Positions 49,066 through 58,975 of a DNA stretch of 61,633 nt are shown here, piece by piece. The position numbers and the translations under genes were made by a program. Origin of the DNA: Gammaproteobacteria bacterium (GTDB lineage: Bacteria > Pseudomonadota > Gammaproteobacteria > S012-40); NCBI GenBank assembly GCA_029883265.1, contig JAOUJM010000002.1, positions 1 to 61,633 of the forward strand, read 5' to 3'. The notes under the pieces are model-generated. The model saw nothing but the letters and a program-made list of their open reading frames with translations. It was not told the DNA's origin and searched no databases. Positions within the stretch are counted from its first letter, which is position 1. Every line of letters starts with the position of its first letter.

Positions 49066-49744
49066 CGGCACTGCCTTGGATGCTATAGCCAAATCCTCGA
49101 TGTGTTTTGATAGGGTCTGTATCAGCGTCGATGTTGCGTAATTTTTTTCTTAAGGATTTGACGTGAGTATCGACGGCGCGATCAAGGCTGGTGTCGGGTG
49201 ATTGCCAAATATGATCCATGATTTGAGCGCGTGAAAATACCCGTTCCGGCTGCGAGAGTAATAGCTTGAGGATTTGAAACTCATATCGAGTCAGGTCTAG
49301 TACGTGGTTACGAAAGCGAATCGTTGCTCGTTGTGAGTCAATAACAAAATCGGTTTGGGTTGAGTTCGTATCAGGCCTGTGCTGGGTGCGTTTAAGAATG
49401 GCTTTGACGCGTGCACTCAGTTCACGCGGGCTGAATGGCTTGGACATATAATCATCAGCTCCAATTTCCAAGCCAACCACACGATCAATTTCATCGTTGC
49501 GAGCGGTGAGAAATATGATGGGGATTTCCGAAAACTGGCGTATGCGTTTACAAACATCAAAGCCATTGATATCGGGTAGTCCCACGTCAAGAATAATTAA
49601 CGCAATCGTTTGGTCTTGCCTCGCCTGCTCAATCGCTTCTAGGCCTAATCCGACCCAGTGGGTTTGGAAACCATCGGTTTGTAATGCATATAACACTGTG
49701 TCTGCAATTGCCGACTCATCTTCAACCAGTAAAATCGTTGACAC
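49055..49744 (-). CDS. creB: OmpR-family response regulator, CreB-like
   Basis: 229 aa. ILLVEDESAIADTVLYALQTDGF, acceptor ILDVGLPD, and a winged-helix C-terminus. It overlaps the start of the kinase gene. Confidence 0.8.
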   Translation of the reverse strand: MSTILLVEDESAIADTVLYALQTDGFQTHWVGLGLEAIEQARQDQTIALIILDVGLPDINGFDVCKRIRQFSEIPIIFLTARNDEIDRVVGLEIGADDYMSKPFSPRELSARVKAILKRTQHRPDTNSTQTDFVIDSQRATIRFRNHVLDLTRYEFQILKLLLSQPERVFSRAQIMDHIWQSPDTSLDRAVDTHVKSLRKKLRNIDADTDPIKTHRGFGYSIQGSADEL

Positions 49745-49844
49745 CGTAAGCCTTTCCCCATTAATTGTTTATACTATAGCAAATTATTATGAGAAAAATC
49801 ATTAGGCTAGCTATTTCGGTTAGGATGTGAATGAGCGTGAAGCC

Positions 49845-49883
49845 AAAAAAAAGCACTTGGCGATTCGTGCAAGTGCTTTTTTT
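49845..49883. terminator. Bidirectional-looking rho-independent terminator (serves the minus-strand lipoprotein gene)
   Basis: AAAAAAAAGCACTTG-gcgattcgtg-CAAGTGCTTTTTTT: a 9-bp stem flanked by an A8 run and a T7 run. Confidence 0.8.
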
Positions 49884-49902
49884 AAATTGAAGGTTGCTTA
49901 AA

Positions 49903-50223
49903 TTAGAATAGCCAAGGAGCGGCTTTCATTTCTGAAGTGACTTGTTGGTTGGCCATTTCAATTTGCTCCAAGGCTTCATGGGCAAGCTTTAATGCTTTAT
50001 CGAAGTTTTTATCATTCACTTCTTGTTTGGCATTTTTTATCAGCTCTTCGGTATCACGCCAAGCACCACCTTTAGCGTTGAGAGCTTTGAGCCCGGTTTC
50101 AGCTTTGCTTATAGCGGTTTCATGATTGTCAGCAGATTCAGTACCGCCTTGGGTAGCGACGCCGGCACAAGCACTAAGTGTAAGTAGACTTACAGCAAAA
50201 AATAAATGAGAGATTTGTTTCAT
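49903..50223 (-). CDS. Small helical lipoprotein, unknown function
   Basis: 106 aa. Lipobox LLTLSAC. GGAGAT RBS. Confidence 0.6.
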   Translation of the reverse strand: MKQISHLFFAVSLLTLSACAGVATQGGTESADNHETAISKAETGLKALNAKGGAWRDTEELIKNAKQEVNDKNFDKALKLAHEALEQIEMANQQVTSEMKAAPWLF

Positions 50224-50361
50224 CGCGGATCTCCAAAAAAGGATAGTAGGCGCGAATTAACTCAGGATTTCCTTCGCTTGGAAAGTGAAAAAAATTGATG
50301 GTCATCATCGATTTTGCAAATCAAACATTGGCAGTACATGGGCTTGCTGGAAGCTTGGAGT

Positions 50362-50568
50362 TTAATCGCGATGTTTCTTTCTGCGGTCGCGCTTATGATC
50401 TCGAAGGGACTGTTTATAATCGTTGTGCTCATACTCATGCTCCAAGGCAGAACCAATGCTTGCATGAGCCGGTAGCACGGGTATGCTTATGATGACTGGG
50501 GCGCTATATACTGCCTTTTTAAGAAAACTGCGACGTTGTTTATCGATGTTATCGTTTTTTTGAGCCAT
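50362..50568 (-). CDS. Tat-signal minipeptide (68 aa precursor, about 32-aa charged His/Arg/Lys-rich mature part)
   Basis: AGGAGA RBS. KQRRSFLKKA matches the twin-arginine consensus (S/T)RRxFLK. The h-region is VYSAPVIISIPVL, with AHA before the predicted cleavage site. The mature part is SIGSALEHEYEHNDYKQSLRDHKRDRRKKHRD. Confidence 0.6.
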   Translation of the reverse strand: MAQKNDNIDKQRRSFLKKAVYSAPVIISIPVLPAHASIGSALEHEYEHNDYKQSLRDHKRDRRKKHRD

Positions 50569-50799
50569 GTTTTTCTCCTAAGAGTATGTGAAGTTTCCAC
50601 AGGTAGTATGCAAGACCGGTTATCAGTAATCCGTGACAAAATAAGCATTAAATATTAATAATATTGCGCTAATTCCTGTGGTTTGATTTCCATAGGTTGG
50701 TATCGGTTGATGCTGAGCCGCGTTAAACTATAAACCTTGGTGAATAAACACTTGGTTTTGTGGTCATAAAAACTAGACATAAAAAAGAAAGATGTATTT

Positions 50800-51726
50800 A
50801 TGTGGGGAAGGATTGTTTTAACTGTTCTATTAGCGCTAACACCTATTTTGGTCCTGGCAAAGTCGACAATGATTGTGATTCCTGCCGGATCATTCTGGAT
50901 GGGAAGTTCTTTGGATGAGCTCAAAGCCCAGCACGAGGATGGGGAAAAAAACGATGCATTTCTTAATCAAGTTCCTTTGCATCAACGCCATGTCGATGTA
51001 TTTGAGATTGACCAATATGAAGTCTCTAATCGTGATTATAAGAATTACATTGATAGCCATCATGCATCACTACCCACCTATTGGATCGACAATGGTTATG
51101 CGTTAAGTTTAAAATCTCAGGCGTTATTTCAGCTCACGATAGAGGATTTACGTCAGATTGCCGCCGAGGTTATACGGCTCGACGTGGACACACGCCAACT
51201 TGATCGTGCAGAATTACAAAAACAAATCAATAATTATTGGCGGGAATTAGATGAATTGCCGGTTGTCACCGTAACTTGGTATGAAGCAAATACTTATTGC
51301 AAAGCTTTAAACAAACGTCTACCTAGCGAAGCTGAATGGGAAAAAGCGGCGCGTGGCCCGCAAGCTAATTTATTCCCCTGGGGAAACCAGTGGCAGCCGG
51401 GTTATGCCAATGTGCAAAACGAAACCTGGCTGTACGGTGTTGCGCCGATAGGTCGGCATTTTAAAGATAGATCGTTTTATGGTGTTATGGACATGGGCGG
51501 GAATGCATTTGAGTGGGTAGAGGACTGGTATCAGCCTTATCCGAATAATTCCAATGCTGATGCGCGTTATGGTCAACGCTATAAAGTGGTGCGCGGTTGG
51601 GGCAATGGTGGTTCCGGTCATTATGACAAAATAATTTATCAGCGAAGCAGCCATCGTTTATTGCTATTGCCCGGTGAGAAACGTCAAGCCCAGGGCTTTC
51701 GCTGTGCGCGAAGTATCACTCAATGA
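50800..51726 (+). CDS. Formylglycine-generating enzyme (SUMF1/FGE)-family protein, secreted
   Basis: Signal peptide. VVTVTWYEANTYCKALNKRLPSEAEWEKAARGP, GGNAFEWVEDWY and RGWG...GFRCAR are FGE-sulfatase domain blocks. Confidence 0.8.
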   Translation: MWGRIVLTVLLALTPILVLAKSTMIVIPAGSFWMGSSLDELKAQHEDGEKNDAFLNQVPLHQRHVDVFEIDQYEVSNRDYKNYIDSHHASLPTYWIDNGYALSLKSQALFQLTIEDLRQIAAEVIRLDVDTRQLDRAELQKQINNYWRELDELPVVTVTWYEANTYCKALNKRLPSEAEWEKAARGPQANLFPWGNQWQPGYANVQNETWLYGVAPIGRHFKDRSFYGVMDMGGNAFEWVEDWYQPYPNNSNADARYGQRYKVVRGWGNGGSGHYDKIIYQRSSHRLLLLPGEKRQAQGFRCARSITQ

Positions 51727-53186
51727 GGTTGAAATTCGATTGCGCCAATATCACAACGATCATCGCCATCCGCATTTCCATCGCGACGACGGGAGTGATG
51801 GTAGCTGTCCTGTTTAGCCGTACACTTCTTATCGTCCGCATTATCAATTAAGGGACTATTGCTCGCGATTAACCAACCTTCAGCTTGAGGTTTGATCAGA
51901 GGGTCTATCGGTGTTTTAGCATTGCCTAGCATATCGCCATTGGCCGCCTGCCATTGACATTCGTCACTATTGCTCAATAAGTTGTAACCCTGAGAAGTGA
52001 TTTCGCCATAACAGTCATTTGATTGTTTATCACCACGAATATTTTTGGCAATGACACTATTGGTAATCTGTAATTCATTGCTGGTGGGTGTGATATGTAT
52101 ACCTGCGCCCCGACCAAAAGCAGCGATTTGATTTTGTAAAATACTCACGTTATTGAGCAATGCAATTTGCGTAGAGAAAAAACGAATAGCGCCACCACGC
52201 AAGCTACTTTTATTCTGTGCAATCAAGGTATTTTCAATACGCAAACGGGTGTCGAAATGAGTAAAAATTGCACCACCGGACGATAGCCGATTAAGCAGGG
52301 CTGTATTATGTTCTAAGCGCGAGTCATAAATACTCATCACCCCATGTAGCGTAATCGCACCGCCATTTTCCGCGACATTATGATGCATATTGACTTGTTT
52401 TAATACCACAGACTCCAAGTCCACGGGACGTACTAACCAGCGGGTGCGTTCAGTTTTACCGCCTAAGCCTAGTTTTTCTGCTGCTTGTTGTGCCGCAGAC
52501 GCTTTTTGACGACCGGAATATACGCTATAGATCGCACCACCATTATCGTGACTGGTATTATGATGTAACTCAACTTGAAAGAGTTGTAATGGAGCTGCAT
52601 TATAAATCGCGCCACCACCACTTTTGATATTATATAAATCATCGGTCAGCACTTGGTTTTCATATATATGCACTTGCTGCAAATCTAAAGCGCTACTTAG
52701 ACTGGCGCCATTAAAAATTGCTCCACCTTTTTCAATTGCTTGGTTTTTATAAATATTAGAGTGGCGAATAGTGGTATTGCCTTGGTTGTATACTCCACCA
52801 CCTTCTTCAGATTTTCCATTGGTTATGCTTAAGTTTTGAAGCTCGACATGAATGGCCGGTGCAATGCGAATCACGCTTTGTTGTTGACTTCCGTCGATGA
52901 TGACAGCTTGTTTTGTCTGGCCAATGAGTTTGAGTGATTGTTTGATTTGTAGATTTTCGATATAGGTGCCTTGTGCAATATTAATGATGGCATCTTTAGC
53001 TGCAGCATTAATAGCAGCTTGAATACGACAATAGGGTTTGCCACTTTGGTCATTACAAATAGCGCTGTTCGCATCCACTTGCAAATCCTTGGCAAATCCC
53101 ATGGTCGAAAAAATCGAAATAAATAAAATTACGCAAACCCGCGTCATCGCCAGACATTCCTTGTCTAGTTCCATGTTTTTCCCCAC
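51720..53186 (-). CDS. Right-handed parallel beta-helix protein (Pmp-like GGAI repeats; choice-of-anchor Q-like C-terminus)
   Basis: Repeated GGAI(Y/F/T/R) and GGG(V/A)(I)Y motifs occur about every 25-40 aa. The C-terminus ends DGDDRCDIGAIEFQP. The likely true start is M14 (ATG 53147), which gives a signal peptide. Confidence 0.7.
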   Translation of the reverse strand: MGKNMELDKECLAMTRVCVILFISIFSTMGFAKDLQVDANSAICNDQSGKPYCRIQAAINAAAKDAIINIAQGTYIENLQIKQSLKLIGQTKQAVIIDGSQQQSVIRIAPAIHVELQNLSITNGKSEEGGGVYNQGNTTIRHSNIYKNQAIEKGGAIFNGASLSSALDLQQVHIYENQVLTDDLYNIKSGGGAIYNAAPLQLFQVELHHNTSHDNGGAIYSVYSGRQKASAAQQAAEKLGLGGKTERTRWLVRPVDLESVVLKQVNMHHNVAENGGAITLHGVMSIYDSRLEHNTALLNRLSSGGAIFTHFDTRLRIENTLIAQNKSSLRGGAIRFFSTQIALLNNVSILQNQIAAFGRGAGIHITPTSNELQITNSVIAKNIRGDKQSNDCYGEITSQGYNLLSNSDECQWQAANGDMLGNAKTPIDPLIKPQAEGWLIASNSPLIDNADDKKCTAKQDSYHHSRRRDGNADGDDRCDIGAIEFQPH

Positions 53187-53456
53187 TAAAACTCACATGT
53201 ATTTTAATTATTGGACTAACTCTAGCACAAAATTGATGAAGTGAGGATGAAGCTATTCCGTGTTAATAAAATTTTTATACGATGATTTGAACTGACAGTT
53301 GCTTGAATGCATTCTAAATTGAGGCAAAAACCTTTCATTTCATGTTGGCATGTGTATAATTAATCCTTAGTAAATTAATAAGAATTAACTAATTCTAAGA
53401 AAAGCACGGAAATATTATTAAGTGCTTTAAAAACAATAAATTAAGGGGTGATTACA

Positions 53457-55655
53457 ATGCTTCGTCAGTTCTTCATAGTGCTATTTATTGCGCTAAGTCT
53501 AAGTGCATGTGGTGTTTCGAAACCACAAAAAGCCGATTTTCTAGGTGCCGCAGTCAAAGGCCGGGTAGTAAAAGGTTTGGTACAAAATGCCGAAATCGCT
53601 GTCTATGGATTTAAAAACAATGCCTGGCAAGAAACCCCGTTAGTGCAGAGTACGACTGATTTTAAAGGTCGTTATTTTATGCGCTTACCTGAAAATTATT
53701 CAGGGCCTATTTTAATAAAGGTCAGCAATAAAGCCGGCGCTAGCATGGTTTGTGACACCGCCATCGGTTGTGTCTCCGATGATGTTGATTCGACCGCGAA
53801 ACCGTTTGGTTATTTTATTCCGCTAAAAAATGATTTTGAATTAAGCGCTATGGCACATCAAGTTGCTGCAAACGAAGATCATACGATTAATCTTAGTCCC
53901 TTCTCTGATTTGGTTGCCCAGCAAATTTTACATACTCAAGAATTCTCACCTGAAAAAATAGTATTGGCGCATAGCAAACTCAATAATTTGCTAATGCAAT
54001 ATGGTTTATTGGAAATTGGTCAAGATGTGCTGTTGACCGATCCTATTGATGTAAGCAATGAACAGGAGTTGCTCGATGCTTCAAGCGCGCAGTTGCGTTA
54101 TAGTTTTGCGCTGGCCGGAATAGAGCGTATAGCACAGACGGAATATAGCGGTGATATCACTGAAACCCTTCGTTTGTTGCGCGAAAACTATCAGTTGAGC
54201 CAAGGTGAGTTAGTGTTATCAGACTCACAAGTAACAGACGATGCCGTTATCAGCGTGAGTGAGTTGCTAGGCGCTACCCAAGCGGAGCTGAATTCGTTGC
54301 TGCTGCGTCAACATGATGAAGGTAAACAGGCAAAACAACTTCGTCGTACTGCAGGTAACTTGGTCAACGAATATGAAGCCAATATCAATAGTTTGATCGA
54401 AGATATACAACAAGGTGTCGACACGACCGAGTCTTATGCAGATAACAGTTTACTGACTTCCTGGCATTCGAATGTGACTCAAGCACAAAATTTTATTAAG
54501 AAGATTCGCGCCCTTGGTTATAGTGCAAGTGATCAATTATTTCTGATAGCGAGCACAGTTGTAAATGATTTGAAAGCCATGGGACAGCAAATGGATCAGG
54601 ACTTTGAAAAGTTGCAGGCGCAATTGCACGACACCCAATTATTGCCCGAGTCGGCGGCAATTGCGCTGTTAAGTCATCAATTGCTGCAAGATGAACGGAT
54701 TCAAGACAGTTATGACTTGGCCGTCGATGAATTTGATTTATTACCTGCTGAAATTCGTAATGATATTAGCGGTACTGTTGAAGTTTGTCGCGAATGTGCT
54801 GAGCATAATATAGTCATACGTGATGGAAATTATCGAGGTATACAAATTAAATTATTGAAGCTCAATCGTCATCCCGAGATCGGTGGTGGCCACAAAGTCA
54901 GTCTTTGGATCGGTAATGAGATTGCTCAGTTAGTGATGGAAGGGCAGTTCGCAAAAACTTCTAGTCCAATGACAGCAATAACTGATACAGATTATCAGCG
55001 AGTTAAAATGCGTTCGCTTGCCTTTAGTTTAATTCCAAGTTTACCCAATAATAATGAAAATGGTTCACATTATTTTACAGGACGTTTGAGTTTAGAAGTT
55101 GATGTACCCACGGATATGCAAGCATCTAAGACTCGCTTGCACGCAATCACATTAGATACAGCCATGCGTGAAACCACGCAAGGCAATGCCGTGACTCAAG
55201 GCTTATTGCAAATTGTGAATTATGACCAAGTTAAACCACAAGACAGTCTACGTGCGATATTGAATGATAACCATTATTGGGAAATGAGTTTTGTTACCAT
55301 GTTGCCGATACCCGTGCCCGGTATTCCAGATAGCGTTTATGATCAAAAATTAGTGGCCAATGTTGGAGAAGAGATTGTCGATGGCGTTATTCGAAGTCAA
55401 TGGTATTCTTTTGTCTATGAAGACCAGGCCATGGCTGTGCAAACGCATAATTCGGGAAATATGTCATCGATCGGTGCAGAAACGATTATTATCACGGATC
55501 AGTCAGGCGCCAAACTGCAAGTTTATGACTTAAATGCGGCTGTAGGTAAGTTAATCGGTCAAATCATGCTGCATGACCAGTTGGTTGCTGAAGTTATACA
55601 AACTTATTCAGGTCCGGTAATTCGTTATAGCGATGGTCAGATTGAAAGTTTCTGA
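53457..55655 (+). CDS. Large lipoprotein of unknown function
   Basis: Start at ATG 53457 with AAGGGG upstream. Lipobox ALSLSAC. About 730 aa, no recognised catalytic motif. Confidence 0.6.
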   Translation: MLRQFFIVLFIALSLSACGVSKPQKADFLGAAVKGRVVKGLVQNAEIAVYGFKNNAWQETPLVQSTTDFKGRYFMRLPENYSGPILIKVSNKAGASMVCDTAIGCVSDDVDSTAKPFGYFIPLKNDFELSAMAHQVAANEDHTINLSPFSDLVAQQILHTQEFSPEKIVLAHSKLNNLLMQYGLLEIGQDVLLTDPIDVSNEQELLDASSAQLRYSFALAGIERIAQTEYSGDITETLRLLRENYQLSQGELVLSDSQVTDDAVISVSELLGATQAELNSLLLRQHDEGKQAKQLRRTAGNLVNEYEANINSLIEDIQQGVDTTESYADNSLLTSWHSNVTQAQNFIKKIRALGYSASDQLFLIASTVVNDLKAMGQQMDQDFEKLQAQLHDTQLLPESAAIALLSHQLLQDERIQDSYDLAVDEFDLLPAEIRNDISGTVEVCRECAEHNIVIRDGNYRGIQIKLLKLNRHPEIGGGHKVSLWIGNEIAQLVMEGQFAKTSSPMTAITDTDYQRVKMRSLAFSLIPSLPNNNENGSHYFTGRLSLEVDVPTDMQASKTRLHAITLDTAMRETTQGNAVTQGLLQIVNYDQVKPQDSLRAILNDNHYWEMSFVTMLPIPVPGIPDSVYDQKLVANVGEEIVDGVIRSQWYSFVYEDQAMAVQTHNSGNMSSIGAETIIITDQSGAKLQVYDLNAAVGKLIGQIMLHDQLVAEVIQTYSGPVIRYSDGQIESF

Positions 55656-55728
55656 TCACTATTCAAAACCTCAGTATGTTTAAAATTTGCACTTGCAAGC
55701 ATAACAAGTAGCGCATAGGCTGCTTGTT

Positions 55729-56796
55729 ATGCCTTGTATTTTCCTAATCATTCTATTAATTTTTTCAACGTCGCTACATGCGAACCTGGGTTTGTATGCT
55801 GTAGAAGAAAGTTTTTTCTATTCGCCCAGTCTGCCGAGTAGTTTTGCTCGCGACCGATGGAAATCAGTGCCCTCATCCGGGCCGCGCACGGATTTGTTTT
55901 TGTGGAGTGAGCAAGGTTTTCGCTGGGGCTGTGGCCAATTCGGATTATTGTTTCGCAGTGATACCATCAGTCGACATAGTGAGAACTTTTTTTCTTTTAT
56001 TGCGGCAACCAAGAAAAAACAAACCCTGAGCAATGGTCAGCGCTATGAAATTGATTTCGCCACGACTCATTGGCAAGGCCAAGGTTTGCGCGCTAGCTGC
56101 GATTGGCGTTTTAATCAGCAAAGTAAACTGGTGATCGGACTTGCGTATTTGCAAGCAAATTATTTATTACAGGGTGGTTTAAGTGGTGAGGCGCAATTTG
56201 TCAGTGAAAAAGATTATGATTTTCAATTTTCTGTCGATTATTTTTATTCTGAAGACCACATATTTGCACGCCAAGTGGATCGACCATCGGGCCGGGGTTA
56301 TGCACTTGATGTATTATTACAAACGCGTCTCAATCTCGATCAGGGTTATTTAGAACTTAGCTGGCAAGCACGAGATATTTGGGGCGCGATTTTTTGGAAA
56401 AATACACCACGGACCCAAGCTCAAGCCAATTCAGATACCAAAACCTATGATGAAAATGGTTACGTTCGGTTTTTACCCGTGTTGTCCGGGCGTGAAACTA
56501 CGGAAAATTTTCGCCAGGCCTTGGTGAGTCGGCAAAAATTAGGTTTGTTGCTAAACCCACTAAAACCCATTGGGCTGCAGGCAGAGTTTTTTGTCTATCA
56601 GGGCGTGATTCATCCATCGCTGGGTTTTGTTAGATTATCGCCCAAACAGCGTCTGAGTTTGTTGTACCTAAGTCGAAGCAAGGCATTGGCCTTGGCTTAT
56701 AATAATAAATATTTGCATTTTTCATTAGCCATGGATCATTTCAAGCCACGAAAACAACATTATTTTGCAGCGAGCATTGCTCTTAAGTTATATTAA
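55729..56796 (+). CDS. Putative outer-membrane beta-barrel protein
   Basis: 355 aa with a signal peptide (IFLIILLIFSTSLHA), alternating beta-strand-like pattern and an aromatic C-terminus ...IALKLY. Confidence 0.5.
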   Translation: MPCIFLIILLIFSTSLHANLGLYAVEESFFYSPSLPSSFARDRWKSVPSSGPRTDLFLWSEQGFRWGCGQFGLLFRSDTISRHSENFFSFIAATKKKQTLSNGQRYEIDFATTHWQGQGLRASCDWRFNQQSKLVIGLAYLQANYLLQGGLSGEAQFVSEKDYDFQFSVDYFYSEDHIFARQVDRPSGRGYALDVLLQTRLNLDQGYLELSWQARDIWGAIFWKNTPRTQAQANSDTKTYDENGYVRFLPVLSGRETTENFRQALVSRQKLGLLLNPLKPIGLQAEFFVYQGVIHPSLGFVRLSPKQRLSLLYLSRSKALALAYNNKYLHFSLAMDHFKPRKQHYFAASIALKLY

Positions 56797-56821
56797 AACA
56801 ATAACTTAAGTATTTTTTGCA

Positions 56822-57658
56822 ATGATTTTTGACATTATCGGGAAGTTCGGCAGAATAGGCGTTTTCACAAAGCAAAGAAGCAAAATAGTGGACGAAACCA
56901 AGCGCCAAGCTTATTTAAATGCCCTGGAAATTACCCAATGGGAAGCACGATTGCCCCATCTCAAAACGGCTGACAGTTTTGAGGTTGAATTTGAATCGCC
57001 TCCGGCGATGCAACAGCCACAAGCAGTAGAGCAGGTCAATGATGATCGCGATGCATTTATGCCTGCCGAGCCAAGTGTCCCCGCTGTGGTTGCACCGGCA
57101 GCGGCGCTAAATTGGGATAGCTTGCGCTATCAGGTGAAACAATGCCACGCATGTGACCTAGCGGAATCGAGAATTCAAACCGTATTTGGCGTTGGTAATC
57201 AAAAAGCTGATTGTTTGATTATTGGGGAAGCACCGGGCGCAGACGAGGACAGGCAAGGTGAGCCATTTGTTGGAAAAGCCGGCCAGTTGCTCAATGAAAT
57301 GTTAATGGCGATTGGTTTGAAACGGGAGAGCGTATTCATCGCCAATATTTTAAAATGCCGTCCACCGAATAATCGTGACCCACGTCCAAACGAAGTGGTG
57401 GCCTGCCAGTCATTTTTGCAACAGCAAATACAACTTATTCAGCCGAAAGTTATTCTTTCCGTAGGCCGTATATCCGCACAAAACTTACTGGGTTCCCAGG
57501 AAGCAGTGGGGCGTTTGCGTGGCAAAGTCCATTCATATTCAGCTCAACAAATCCCCTTGGTTGTGACTTATCATCCGGCCTATTTATTGCGATCTCCTTT
57601 AGAAAAACGTAAAGCTTGGGACGATTTGAAATTGGCGAGACAGCAACTGGTAAAATAA
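56822..57658 (+). CDS. Family 4 uracil-DNA glycosylase
   Basis: [54 protein letters not shown] and HPAYLLR are family 4 UDG blocks. The start is uncertain. Confidence 0.85.
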   Translation: MIFDIIGKFGRIGVFTKQRSKIVDETKRQAYLNALEITQWEARLPHLKTADSFEVEFESPPAMQQPQAVEQVNDDRDAFMPAEPSVPAVVAPAAALNWDSLRYQVKQCHACDLAESRIQTVFGVGNQKADCLIIGEAPGADEDRQGEPFVGKAGQLLNEMLMAIGLKRESVFIANILKCRPPNNRDPRPNEVVACQSFLQQQIQLIQPKVILSVGRISAQNLLGSQEAVGRLRGKVHSYSAQQIPLVVTYHPAYLLRSPLEKRKAWDDLKLARQQLVK

Positions 57659-58119
57659 TGAGTGCAGTAATCCAGGATCAGCCTATCTGGCGTCAAATGC
57701 TAGAAACGGATTTACCTCAGATAGTCCTTATTGAACAACAAGCCCATCTGACGCCATGGTCAGCCGGTATTTTTTCCGATTGTTTGCGCGTAGGTTATGT
57801 TTCCCGATTATTGCAAGTCGATCAACAAATCGTGGCCTATGGCATAATGTCGGTGGCTGCAGGTGAGGCTCATATATTCAATCTTTGTGTGGCACCGGAA
57901 AACCAACGGCAAGGCTATGGCCGGCAAATGCTGAAACACTTAATGCAGATCGCTATTGAGCGAAAAGCACAATCCATTTTTCTCGAAGTGCGACCCTCGA
58001 ATCAAAAAGCGATTGCCTTATATCGTGATGCTGGTTTTGATGAAGTAGGCGTACGCAAGAACTACTATCCCGCTAAAAAAGGCCGCGAAGATGCGTTGAT
58101 TTTGGCTAAGGAATTATAA
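57658..58119 (+). CDS. rimI: Ribosomal-protein-alanine N-acetyltransferase
   Basis: Start at ATG 57658, overlapping the previous stop. GNAT motif NLCVAPENQRQGYGRQMLKHL. Typical RimI size. Confidence 0.8.
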   Translation: MSAVIQDQPIWRQMLETDLPQIVLIEQQAHLTPWSAGIFSDCLRVGYVSRLLQVDQQIVAYGIMSVAAGEAHIFNLCVAPENQRQGYGRQMLKHLMQIAIERKAQSIFLEVRPSNQKAIALYRDAGFDEVGVRKNYYPAKKGREDALILAKEL

Positions 58120-58302
58120 AGATTTGATTGGAAAATGCCTTATTTTATAAAAGTGGTCTCTAAATTCTCCTTTGCTTTGTTTTAACTCAGAACTCCTAAA
58201 TAAATCTCAGGTCATCTTATAGTTTGGAATAAAAGTGAAAGGATTTTGTTAATGGAGTATCACCCGGGTGAAAACTAGTTGAATTAAACAAGGAGTTTTC
58301 AC

Positions 58303-58830
58303 ATGATAAAAAAAAGTTTGTTTTTATTTTCTCTTGTCAGTTTTGTTGCGACGCCTGGATTTGCTAATGATGAACAGGACTCAGAATACAAAGCCCATTT
58401 AATGCCAATTAACAACTCAAATGTTCATGCGAATGTGGAAGTTGAAGTGGAAAATAGAAAATTAGAAATTGAGATCAAAGCCCGTGGTTTGGAGTCGGGA
58501 AAGCCTCACCCGCAGCACATCCACGGTTTCTCAGGAATGGATAGGGATTCAAAGTGTCCGGATCTTAGTTCGGATGTCGATGGGGATGGCATCATTACAA
58601 TTACTGAAGCGGGTTCAGTTTTCGGGCCGATAATCTTGCCCTTAGTGCCTTTTAATCTGGTGGATGTGAATAGTGACCTGGATTATGAAGCCAAATTCAC
58701 TGTGGACTTGAGTTCCATGCCCGAGCTCGAAAAACTGACTGTAGTGTTGCATGGGATGAGCGTCAATGGCGAATACATACCGAGCCTCCCCGTTGCTTGT
58801 GGTGAGCTGATTCTGCAAAAAGATGATTAA
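58303..58830 (+). CDS. Secreted protein, CHRD-like with a DxDxDG calcium-loop-like insert
   Basis: Signal peptide. AHLMPINNSNVHANVEVEV...KPHPQHIHG resembles a CHRD domain. DVDGDGIIT is EF-hand-like. The family call is tentative. Confidence 0.4.
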   Translation: MIKKSLFLFSLVSFVATPGFANDEQDSEYKAHLMPINNSNVHANVEVEVENRKLEIEIKARGLESGKPHPQHIHGFSGMDRDSKCPDLSSDVDGDGIITITEAGSVFGPIILPLVPFNLVDVNSDLDYEAKFTVDLSSMPELEKLTVVLHGMSVNGEYIPSLPVACGELILQKDD

Positions 58831-58844
58831 TGTCTCTCGTTCTC

Positions 58845-58872
58845 GCTGTGCCTCTAAATCAGGGGGCACAGC
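58845..58872 (+). terminator. Possible terminator hairpin
   Basis: GCTGTGCC-N12-GGCACAGC, an 8-bp stem 15 nt after the stop. The following T-tract is weak. Confidence 0.35.
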
Positions 58873-58975
58873 TTAATCTAAATCATCATCACCTTATATT
58901 TTATTGGAAATATGCGCTTTTTGGTCGCCGAATTTGTTACAATGCGTGCCCCAGAAATCGAGTTTTAAGGGTCTT

